Of a DNA stretch of 64,000 bases, positions 37,856-49,686 are shown one piece after another. Each line of letters opens with the position of its first letter. The first letter of the stretch is position 1. Source of the DNA: Eledone cirrhosa (taxonomy: Eukaryota); assembly GCA_964016885.1 (NCBI GenBank), contig OZ024743.1, forward strand, positions 218,240,001-218,304,000. Direction: 5' to 3'. The notes under the pieces are model-generated. The model had not been told where the DNA came from, did no database searches, and saw only the letters and a list, made by a program, of their open reading frames with translations. Made by a program: the position numbers and the translations under genes.

Positions 37856-40171
37856 TTTCTTTTATTTGCCACTAGGGCATCAAAAGTGGGACAAGTACAA
37901 AGGGGGGAGTTTACACAAAAAGGCGTCCTCAATAAGGAGGAGGCAATAACAAAATATAAAAATAAAATAAGATATAACAAAAAATAAAATTTTTTTTTTA
38001 ACAAAATCCTCAATAGAGAGGAGGCGCCTTGGGGGGTCGCACACACCCCCGAAAAAAGTGTGCAACCCTTCTCCTCAGGAGCACAGAGAAGGGGTGCTCC
38101 CTTGGTCTTTCATCTTCCTCACCTATAGTCTGATGTAGAGTGAAGGCCCATTCACACGGGCCATTCTCGCCACTTTCACCCATCTTTCATAGAAACGGCT
38201 GGGGTGCAGCACCTCTCTCTCCATCCTGATCCTTCTTCCGAAATGATATCGGAAGAAACGGACCAGTTGTTGGCCAGAGAGAAAGGTGCCCGACCTCAGT
38301 CCTTTCAGACGCGTCCACCATACAACCTCTTTCGCCATGGCTATTACGCACAGAAACACCGCCTCTGCTTCATCTTTGAAGGGGGGAGGCGGCTTGATCA
38401 TTACAATAGACTCGGTGGTCAACCGGATCGGTCCCACCCTTGACAGCAGTTGTTCGACATAGCCCCACAGATTGGCTACGCCCGAGCAGTGTACTAATGC
38501 GTGTGCAACGGTTTCCTCGTCGCACACGCATCTGGGACAGATCTTTTTGGCGGGGTCCCTACCCGGGCGCCCGTGTCTGTAGAGCCTTTCTCGAACGGGT
38601 AAAGCCCCTCGGTAGCACTGCCAGGCCAGGGACTTCTGGAAGTTGTCCATAGGTCCCGGGCTGAATATCCTACCGAACAGGCTGGCCAGTTCGTCCTCCT
38701 CCATGTCTAGGGCTTCTCCGAGGGCGTCGTCGCACCTGCTGCGTACCAGCCCTCTATAGAATGTTGCGGTGGAGTCTCCACTGACAACCGGATCCGCCTG
38801 CCAGAGGGCGGTGAGCGCCTGGGCACACTCAGTGTGCCAGGCGCCCAGTTTTCTCGGTCTTTGCTTGACCCAGGATTGCAGCTCGGTGAGTGAGACGAGT
38901 CTGGGAAAGGTTCGTCTCACAAACGAGGCCCACACCGGTTGTCCGGTGAGGAATACGTAGAGGTGCCGTAGCCTTAATGCGTGTTTACGCATCATTAGCC
39001 ACGGCATCCCCAGCCCTCCTTTCGAAGGGTGTTGACAGCAGATGGATCTCCTCACCATAGGAGCCCGCCTCTTCCAAAGGAATTGGAAGAGCGCGCGCTC
39101 CATCTTGGCGAGGGTTTCCCTTGGGCAGGGCACTACGGTCAGGCGGTAGTAGATGACGGACGCTATGTAGGTGTTCGCCACCTCCGCCCGACCTTTCAGG
39201 GATAGTTTGCAACTGGCCCACTTCTGGGTCAGTGCAAACACCCTGTTCGTAACCTCCGCCCAGTTTTTCTCCACCTGGAGGTCCGGTCCGAACCAGACCC
39301 CGAGCAACTTCACCGGGCCCTCCGTCCAGCGTCCGACGACGCTATCGGAGGGCATCGGTCTGCCCCTCCACGTGCCGAGTTGCAAACCGATCGACTTGTC
39401 CCGGTTCAGCTTAGCCCCTGTGAACTTTTCGTACTCCTCCAGTAAGGTGCCGACTGCCTCGATTTCGGAGGCCGTCGACACCATTACTGTCACGTCATCG
39501 GCGTAGGCCGACACCGCTTTCCGCAATCCCGGTTCCAAAGGGATGCCCTGCAACAACTCCAACTTCCGCAGTAGTGGCTCGAGAGTCAACACATACAGAA
39601 GGGAGGAGAGAGGGCACCCTTGTCGGATGGACCGCGCGATTTTGAACGGCTCCGAGAGGTAGCCGTTCACCTTGACCCTAGAGCAGATGCGGCTGCTGTG
39701 CATAGCAGTGATCCAGCCCCTGAAAACGGGTCCGAAGCCTGCCGCCGCTAGCACCGCATCCAGGTTTCCATGGTCGACCCTATCGAACGCCTTAGATTGA
39801 TCCAAGTTGATCAGAGCCCCACCAAAGCCGGGTTCGTTCCCAACCCTCTCTATGATGTATCGCATGAGGTGGAGGTTGTCATGGATGGACCTGGACGGGA
39901 TAGCGCATGTCTGCGCATCTCCCACCAGGTTGCCCACGACAAGCGCCAACCTCTTTGCTAGCACCTTGGCCAAAATCTGTAACTCTGTATTTAGCAGAGT
40001 TATGGGCCTGAAGTTACTTATTTCGTCCCCCTTGTTCTCGTCCTTCCTCACTAGCGTGACTACGCCCTTGGTCACAGTACAGGGAATTCTCCCGTTCTGT
40101 TGCCAGTTGCAGTAGACCGCCTCGAGGAGATCGGGGAACAAGTCCGGCATAGCTAGATATAATTCGTAAGG
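37856..40171 (-). mobile_element. Tx1 LINE copy A, 5'-truncated (2.3 kb); uninterrupted ORF2 frame 40150-38123
   Basis: 675-aa RT + CPRC-x7-H-x4-C ORF nearly identical to the + copy; (TAGG)n on both sides. Confidence 0.95.
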
Positions 40172-40324
40172 GTAGATAGGTAGGTAGATAGGTAGGTAGG
40201 TAGGTAGGTAGGTAGGTAGGTAGGTAGGTAGGTAGGTAGGTATGTAGGTAGGTAGATAGGTAGGTAGGTAGGTAGGTAGGTAGGTAGGTAGGTAGGTAGG
40301 TAGGTAGGTAGGTAGGTAGGTAGA

Positions 40325-41997
40325 TTTCTTTTATTTGCCACTAGGGCATCAAAAGTGGGACAAGTACAAAGGGGGGAGTTTACACAAAAAGGCGTCCTCA
40401 ATAAGGAGGGGGCAATAACAAAATATAAAAATAAAATAAGATATAACAAAAAATAAAATTTTTAACAAAATCCTCAATAGAGAGGAGGCGCCTTGGGGGG
40501 TCGCACACACCCCCGAAAAAAGTGTGCAACCATTCTCCTCAGGAGCACAGAGAGGGGGTGCTCCCTTGGTCTTTCATCTTCCTCACCTATAGTCTGATGT
40601 AGAGTGAAGGCCCATTCACACGGGCCATTCTCGCCACTTTCACCCATCTTTCATAGAAACGGCTGGGGTGCAGCACCTCTCTCTCCATCCTGATCCTTCT
40701 TCCGAAATGATATCGGAAGAAACGGACCAGTTGTTGGCCAGAGAGAAAGGTGCCCGACCTCAGTCCTTTCAGACGCGTCCACCATACAACCTCTTTCGCC
40801 ATGGCTATTACGCACAGAAACACCGCCTCTGCTTCATCTTTGAAGGGGGGAGGCGGCTTGATCATTACAATAGACTCGGTGGTCAACCGGATCGGTCCCA
40901 CCCTTGACAGCAGTTGTTCGACATAGCCCCACAGATCGGCTACGCCCAAGCAGTGTACTAATGCGTGTGCAACGGTTTCCTCGTCGCACACGCATCTGGG
41001 ACAGATCTTTTTGGCGGGGACCCTACCCGGGCGCCCGTGTCTGTAGAGCCTTTCTCGAACGGGTAAAGCCCCTCGGTAGCACTGCCAGGCCAGGGACTTC
41101 TGGAAGTTGTCCATAGGTCCCGGGCTGAATGTCCTACCGAACAGGCTGGCCAGTTCGTCCTCCTCCATGTCTAGGGCTTCTCCGAGGGCGTCGTCGCACC
41201 TGCTGCGTACCAGCCCTCTATAGAATGTTGCGGTGGAGTCTCCACTGATAACCGGATCCGCCTGCCAGAGGGCGGTGAGCGCCTGGGCACACTCAGTGTG
41301 CCAGGCGCCCAGTTTTCTCGGTCTTTGCTTGACCCAGGATTGCAGCTCGGTGAGTGAGACGAGTCTGGGAAAGGTTCGTCTCACAAACGAGGCCCACACC
41401 GGTTGTCCGGTGAGGAATACGTAGAGGTGCCGTAGCCTTAATGCGTGTTTACGCATCATTAGCCACGGCATCCCCAGCCCTCCTTTCGAAGGGTGTTGAC
41501 AGCAGATGGATCTCCTCACCATAGGAGCCCGCCTCTTCCAAAGGAATTGGAAGAGCGCGCGCTCCATCTTGGTGAGGGTTTCCCTTGGGCAGGGCACTAC
41601 GGTCAGGCGGTAGTAGATGACGGACGCTATGTAGGTGTTCGCCACCTCCGCCCGACCTTTCAGGGATAGTTTGCAACTGGCCCACTTCTGGGTCAGTGCA
41701 AACACCCTGTTCGTAACCTCCGCCCAGTTTTTCTCCACCTGGAGGTCCGGTCCGAACCAGACCCCGAGCAACTTCACCGGGCCCTCCGTCCAGCGTCCGA
41801 CGACGCTATCGGAGGGCATCGGTCTGCCCCTCCACGTGCCGAGTTGCAAACCGATCGACTTGTCCCGGTTCAGCTTAGCCCCTGTGAACTTTTCGTACTC
41901 CTCCAGTAAGGTGCCGACCGCCTCGATTTCGGAGGCCGTCGACACCATTACTGTCACGTCATCGGCGTAGGCCGACACCGCTTTCCGCAATCCCGGT
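40325..41997 (-). mobile_element. Tx1 LINE copy B, 5'-truncated (1.7 kb)
   Basis: Same 3' end; truncated just upstream of AYADD. Confidence 0.95.
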
Positions 41998-42272
41998 AGA
42001 TAGGTAGGTAGATAGGTATGTAGGTAGGTAGGTAGGTAGGTAGGTAGGTATGTAGGTAGGTAGGTAGGTAGGTAGGTAGATAGGTAGGTAGGTAGGTAGG
42101 TAGGTAGGTATGTAGGTAGGTAGGTAGGTAGGTAGGTAGGTAGGTAGGTAGGTAGGTAGGTAGGTAGGTAGGTAGGTAGGTATGTAGGTAGGTAGATAGG
42201 TAGGTAGGTAGGTAGGTATGTAGGTAGGTAGATAGGTAGGTAGGTAGGTAGGTAGGTAGGTAGGTAGGTAGG

Positions 42273-43241
42273 TTTCTTTTATTTGCCACTAGGGCATCAA
42301 AAGTGGGACAAGTACAAAGGGGGAGTTTACACAAAAAGGCGTCCTCAATAAGGAGGAGGCAATAACAAAATATAAAAATAAAATAAGATATAACAAAAAA
42401 TAAGATTGTTAACAAAATCCTCAATAGGGAGGAGGCGCCTTGGGGGGTCGCACACACCCCCGAAAAAAGTGTGCAACCCTTCTCCTCAGGAGCACAGAGA
42501 AGGGGTGCTCCCTTGGTCTTTCATCTTCCTCACCTATAGTCTGATGTAGAGTGAAGGCCCATTCACACGGGCCATTCTCGCCACTTTCACCCATCTTTCA
42601 TAGAAACGGCTGGGGTGCAGCACCTCTCTCTCCATCCTGATCCTTCTTCCGAAATGATAACGGAGGATCGGACCAGTTGTTGGCCAGAGAGAAAGGTGCC
42701 TGACCTCAGTCCTTTCAGACGCGTCCACCATACAACCTCTTTCGCCATGGCTATTACGCACAGAAACACCGCCTCTGCTTCATCTTTGAAGGGGGGAGGC
42801 GGCTTGATCATTACAATAGACTCGGTGGTCAACCGGATCGGTCCCACCCTTGACAGCAGTTGTTCGACATAGCCCCACAGATCGGCTACGCCCGAGCAGT
42901 GTACCAATGCGTGTGCAACGGTTTCCTCGTCGCACACGCATCTGGGACAGATCTTTTTGGCGGGGTCCCTACCCGGGCGCCCGTGTCTGTAGAGCCTTTC
43001 TCGAACGGGTAAAGCCCCTCGGTAGCACTGCCAGGCCAGGGACTTCTGGAAGTTGTCCATAGGTCCCGGGCTGAATGTCCTACCGAACAGGCTGGCCAGT
43101 TCGTCCTCCTCCGTGTCTAGGGCTTCTCCGAGGGCGTCGTCGCACCTGCTGCGTACCAGCCCTCTATAGAATGTTGCGGTGGAGTCTCCACTGATAACCG
43201 GATCCGCCTGCCAGAGGGCGGTGAGCGCCTGGGCACACTCA
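42273..43241 (-). mobile_element. Tx1 LINE copy C, 5'-truncated (1.0 kb)
   Basis: Same 3' end; truncated at ECAQAL. Confidence 0.95.
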
Positions 43242-43530
43242 ATAGGTAGGTAGGTAGGTAGGTAGGTAGGTAGGTAGGTAGGTAGGTAGGTAGATAGGTA
43301 GGTAGATAGGCATGTAGGTAGGTAGGTAGGTAAGTAGGTAGGTAGGTAGGTAGGTAGGTATGTAGGTAGGTAGGTAGGTAGGTAGGTAGGTAGGTAGGTA
43401 GGTAGGTAGGTAGATAGGTAGGTAGGTAGGTAGGTAGGTAGGTATGTAGGTAGGTAGGTAGGTAGGTAGGTAGGTAGGTAGGTAGGTAGGTAGGTAGGTA
43501 GGTAGGTAGGTAGGTAGGTAGATAGGTATG

Positions 43531-46500
43531 TTTCTTTTATTTGCCACCAGGGCATCAAAAGTGGGACAAGTACAAAGGGGGGAGTTTACACAAAAAGGCG
43601 TCTTCAATAAGGAGGAGGCAATAACAATATATAAAAATAAAATAAAATATAACAAAAAATAAAATTTATAACAAAGTGCTCAATAGAGAGGAGGCGCCTT
43701 GGGGGGTCGCACACACCCCCGAAAAAAGTGTGCAACCCTTCTCCTCGGGAGCACAGAGAGGGGGTGCTCCCTTGGTCTTTCATCTTCCTCACCTATAGTC
43801 TGATGTAGAGTGAAGGCCCATTCACACGGGCCATTCTCGCCACTTTCACCCATCTTTCATAGAAACGGCTGGGGTGCAGCACCTCTCTCTCCATCCTGAT
43901 CCTTCTTCCGAAATGATATCGGAAGAAACGGACCAGTTGTTGGCCAGAGAGAAAGGTGTCTGACCTCAGTCCTTTCAGATGCGTCCACCATACAACCTCT
44001 TTCGCCATGGCTATTACGCACAGAAACACCGCCTCTCCTTCGTTTTTGAAGAGGGGAGGCGGCTTGATCGTTACAATAGACTCGGTGGTCAACCGGATCG
44101 GTCCCACCCTTGATAGCAGTTGTTCGACATAGCCCTACAGATCGGCAATGCCCGAGCAGTGTACCAATGCGTGTGCAACGGTTTCCTCGTCGCACACGCA
44201 TCTGGGAAAGACCTTTTTCGATGGGTCCCTACCCGGGCGCCCGTGTCTGTAGAGCCTTTCTCGAACGGGCAGAGCCCTTCTGTAGCATTGCCAGGCCAGG
44301 GACCTCTGGAAGTTATCCATGGGTCCCGGGCTGAATGTCCTACCGAACATGTTGGCCAGTTCCTCTTCCTCCATGCCTAGGGCTTCTCCGAGGGCGTCGT
44401 CGCACCTGCTAACCACCAGCCCTCTATAGAATGACGAGGTGGATTCTCCACTGACAGCCGGGTCCACCTGCCAGAGAGCTGTGAGCGCCTGGGCACACTC
44501 GGTGTGCCAGGCGCCCAGTTTTCTCGGTCTTTGCTTGACCCAGGATTGCAGCTCGGTGAGTGAGACGAGTCTGGGAAAGGCTCGCCTCACAAACGGGGCC
44601 CACACCGGTTGACGGGAGAGGAATACCTGAAGGTGCCGTAGCCTTAATGCGTGTTTACGTATCATCAGCCACGGCATCCCCAGCCCTCCTTTCGAAGGGT
44701 GTTGACAGCAGATGGATCTCCTCACCATAGGAGCCCGCTTCTGCCAAAGGAATTGGAAGAGTGCGCGCTCCATTTTGGCGAGCCTTTCCCTTGGGCAAGG
44801 CACCACGGTCAGGCGGTAGTAGATGACGGACGCTATATAAGTGTTCGCCCCCTCCGCCCGACCTTTCAGGGACAGTTTGCACTCGGCCCACTTCTGGGTC
44901 AGTGCAAACACCCTGCTCGTCACCTCACCCCAGTTCTTCTCCACCTGGAGGTCTGGTCCGAACCAGACCCCGAGCAACTTCACCGGGCCCTCCGTCCAGC
45001 GCCCGACGACGCCATCGGAGGGCATCGATCTGCCCCTCCACGTGCCGAGTTGCAGACTGATCGACTTGTCCCGGTTCAGCTTAGCCCCTGTAAACCTTTC
45101 GTACTCCTCCAGTAAGGTGCCGATCACCCCGATTTCCGAGGCCGTCGACACCATTACTGTTACGTCATCGGCGTAGGCTGACACTGCTTTCCGCAATCCC
45201 GGTTCCAACGGGATGCCCTGCAACAACTCCAACTTCCGCAGCAGTGGCTCTAGAGTCACTACATACAGAAGGGAGGAGAGAGGGCACCCATGTCGGATGG
45301 ACCGCGCGATTTCGAACGGCTCCGAAAGGTAGCCGTTCACCTTGACCCTAGAGCAGATGCGGCTGCTGTGCATGGCATTGATCCAGCCCCTGAAAACGGG
45401 TCCGAAGCCTGCCGCCGCTAGCACCGCATCCAGGTAACCATGGTCGACCCTATCGAATGCCTTAGATTGATCCAAGTTGATCAGGGCCCCACCAAAGCCG
45501 GGTTCGTTCCCAACCCTCTCTATGATGTATCGCATGAGGTGGAGGTTATCGTGGATGGACCTGGACGGGATAGCACATGTCTGCGCATCTCCCACCAGGT
45601 TGCCCACGACAAGCGCTAACCTCTTTGCTAGCACCTTGGCCAAAATCTGTAACTCTGTATTTAGCAGAGTTATGGGCCTGAAATTATTTATATCGTCCCC
45701 CTTGTTCTCGTCCTTCCTCACTAGCGTGACTACGCCCTTGGTCACAGCACGGGGAATTCTCCCGTTCTGTTGCCAGTTGCAGTAGATCGCCTCAAGGAGA
45801 TCGGGGAACAAGTCCGACATAGCTAGATATAGTTCGTATGGAAGACCATCGAGACCCGGGGATTTGCGTTTGCCGCATTGGCTCAGCATGTCCTCTATCT
45901 CAGCGGCTGAAATCGGCTCCTCGCAGGACTTCGCCTCCCGGTCCGAGAGACGCGGCAGGCCGTCGAGGTATGGACCGAAGTCCACATCCCCAACCGGCTC
46001 CCCGCCCCTTCCGAACAATCCGGCAAAGTGCTTTTGAAAAGCCTCGCACATCTGCTTAGGTTCAAGGATCACCCGTCCATCCTGGTCTCGCAAAGACCGG
46101 ATAGTGGATCTGCTCCCTATTTTGGCTTCTGTCACGCGGGCCCAGCTAACAGCTTTGGTTCCCTCGTTTCCCAGAGCACGTATTTTGCTTCGGACGATGC
46201 AGCCTTCGTGTTTCGAAGAACTGGCCCAGAGCCGTTCTCGACACTAGCACTCTCGCCACGTCGCCGCTTCTAATTGCCTCTTCTACACTATCTACCAACT
46301 CCTTTTCCTTCCTATTTCTATTTGAGGCTAACTCCTTACTAAATTCTATAGAGACTACTCTAATCTCTCTTTTGAGAGATCCCCACCACCTGCTGTTGAC
46401 GATGGCGCCCGTCAACCGCTCCTTAACTAAAGTGCTAATCCGGTCCCTGTAAGCCTTACTTGCCGGTAAGGACAAGTTGAGCTTCCAGTAACCGGGTCCC

Positions 46501-47179
46501 TGTCTATGAGTTCTGTCAAGGTTGACCATGCAGGTCACTAACTTGTGGTCTGAATAGCCAACCATGCGCATTGGACAACTTAAAAAGTCCTTATCCTTAA
46601 TTCTAACTAAGAACCTATCTAGGTACGACCTAGATGATCCGCTACGATTTGCCCAAGTCCAGGCTGGCGCAGTCGGAAAATCTAGTCGATATCTATCGGC
46701 CAGGTCAAATCGACCGATTAATCCTTTGAGGCTATTACACCCCTCTCTATCGGGACAGGCCCATACGTAGTCCCAGCGTGCATCTAGGATACCATTCCAG
46801 TCCCCACTAATAGCAAGGAGCGGGACGTCCCTAGAAAAGTCTCCAGACGATGGAAGAAGTCCGGCCGCATTGACCCGAAAGGGCCGTAGGCGGCTACCAA
46901 CCTAAACGCTCCGCCTTTACCACTGCCAAGGTCCAGAACCACTAGTCGACCCTCCGGGTCCAAATGTACCATCTGTGTTGCGAGACCCAGATGTTTTTGC
47001 AGCAGAACGACAACCCCACCCCCACCACCGGGCTGACAGAGATGCGTGCATCTCAAAGTCATCAAAGGTGGGGGCCAGCTGTCGCACGTTGCTGATCCGG
47101 GCCTCGCAAATAACCATCACATCTATACGTTGTGACCTGAGGTCATTTAGAAGCATTGCTTGCTTCCAAGTTGAGCCCA
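43531..47179 (-). mobile_element. Tx1 LINE copy D (3.6 kb), nearly whole ORF2, frameshifted, distinct subfamily
   Basis: Begins at LGSTWKQAMLL in the APE domain; SDH motif; 666-aa RT ORF 46135-44135. Confidence 0.95.
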
Positions 47180-47587
47180 AGATAGATATGTAGGTAGGTA
47201 TGTATGTATGTAGGTAGGTAGGTAGGTAGGTACGTAGGTAGGTATATAATTGCATTCATACCATGGTTTCAAGGAATTCGAGTGTATACTCACAGTCCTC
47301 AGGGGATACGAAACAAAATAGGACAAGAAATGGGAATGATTGATAGGCATCTATTAATGAGATATGTTATGTTTTCCAGGTGTAGAGTGTTATCGTTGAC
47401 TCAGAAAAATATTCCGGTTTGTATAAGCAGGATGACATCAAATCTGATTTATTTTAATACGAAGTGTACAGTGTAGCTCATATTCACAATTTTTACGCAA
47501 AACATTTTAAAATCCTTCTCTGCATTTAGGGTGTTGCTACTTCTAGGATATTCCTATGAAATTGTGATGACATCTTCTTTGTCATTA

Positions 47588-47770
47588 TATTGGCAGTATC
47601 GGTAGAGCGTCAGACACCATGCTTTACCGCAGAGAGTTATGGCCCTTTGCGCTGTGAGTTCAAATTCTACCGATGTTAGCTTTGCCTTTCATCCTTACGG
47701 GGTCGATAAAATAAAGTACCAGTAATGCACTTGGAAATTGCTGGCCTAGTGCCAAAAGTAGAAATAATTA
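47588..47770 (+). mobile_element. tRNA-derived SINE, same family as 11041
   Basis: Sequence homology. Confidence 0.8.
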
Positions 47771-48567
47771 TATTTACAGGTGTATTCGCAGAGCACTCTG
47801 CTCTCAATTTTGAAGTAATGTCGTTGTTTAATGAAAGATAAGCTCTGACCGTGTAAAGCAAAGACATTTAAACTGTGACTATCATATCTTTTCAAATACA
47901 GTTCATCTCAGACTGCGTTATCCAATATTTGCTTCGTTTTAAAAGACAATGAAGTTTGATTTGGGAGAAGTTTGGCTGATATGTGTAGAAAATCCAGTTA
48001 CTATGTAGAAGCTCTTTGATAGAAACGTAAGCATTGTTACGAAACAGGTATGCTAGTAAATACATTTCTTAGACGTGTTCTCTGTAAGGACTCTGTAAAA
48101 TGCTATGTAAAGAGCAGCTTTTTCTGATTTATTGATTTGCCTTGATGCAGTAGATAAGATTTCTTATCAGGATGAAGTTGTTTATTATAGTTTCTTGCGG
48201 CTGCATTTTTTTCCTTGGTCATTCCGTTTATTCCCTGTAATCTCACATTTTGTAATATAATGTAAGGGGTTACGATGTTGTAACTAACCCTGACGTTGCT
48301 TTTATTAAAGAGCTGCTATGATTTGTAGTTTCGGGCGAAATAAGTGATTTAATAAAAACAATCGCTTTTGCACATTCATATTCAATTCAAAGTTATACTA
48401 GACTATATTCTTCTTTGCCTTGACTATTATTTTTAGATGGTTTACACGGGTGTGTGGGCGCGCACGCACACACTTTATACATACACGTATGGATCAAACA
48501 ATTAGAACATTCATTTTCGAAACCGATGGAGCTCTATTCCATACGTACAGACACATATACACACACG

Positions 48568-48602
<35 letters not shown>

Positions 48603-48626
48603 TATATAAATATATATATATATACA

Positions 48627-48658
<32 letters not shown>

Positions 48659-48885
48659 CATACATACATATATACATATACATATATATATACATATATA
48701 TATACATATATATACATATATATACATATATATATATATGTATACATATATACATACATATATATATATACATATATATATATATACATATATATACATA
48801 TACATATATATATATATACATATACATATACATATATATATACATATATAAATATACATATATATACATATGTATATACATATAT

Positions 48886-48922
<37 letters not shown>

Positions 48923-48939
48923 TATATACATATATATAC

Positions 48940-48970
<31 letters not shown>

Positions 48971-49060
48971 CATATATATATACATATATATACATATATA
49001 CATATAGATATACATATATATAAATACATATATGTACATATATATATATATACATATACA

Positions 49061-49092
<32 letters not shown>

Positions 49093-49093
<1 letters not shown>

Positions 49094-49686
49094 TACCTTC
49101 TAATACCAGATCAAGAACTCTCCCTCCCACAGTCCACAAAGGTCGTCAAATCCTACCCAAACAATCATCCACACCTCTCACAACACCCACACCCACATAC
49201 CCACCCACTCGAAACCCCATCATTTGCCGCTACTCTCTACGCTATAGAATATGTACGGATAGTGGCTGCAAATTCACCCATTTACCTAGGACAAAACGAT
49301 CTATCCCCACAAACAGCCACCACCATAATACATACTCTAATTTAACACCAACACAACCACCAATAACTCAAACAAGGAATCCACAAATCTGCCGTTTTTC
49401 CCTGCGAGACAGATTGTGTTTAGACCGGGATTGTCCCTTTACCCATCTCCCGGGGACCCGTCGGATAAATGAAAATAAAATTAAAAATAAAAGCAAAAAC
49501 AAAAACCATAACCTACATAAAAATAACCACTACCACAGTCACCAACAGTCTTCTAAACAGGAAACTTCTTCCTCTTTTTTAGCCATAATGAATCTGGCAA
49601 AAGAACTGGAAAAAAACATTCGAGCTATCACCCAGCACCACCCTCCACTATCACCCCACTGCACAAACTCCCATTGCTGCCATTAA
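49093..49686 (+). CDS. LINE ORF1 C-terminal part with two CCCH zinc fingers
   Basis: Open frame; [19 protein letters not shown] and [19 protein letters not shown], both C-x8-C-x4-C-x3-H. Confidence 0.75.

Larger units (their letters stand above)
37518..47245. repeat. (TAGG)n/(TAGA) tracts at 37518-37850, 40172-40324, 41998-42272, 43242-43530 and 47180-47245
   Basis: Directly visible between and around the Tx1 copies. Confidence 0.95.
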
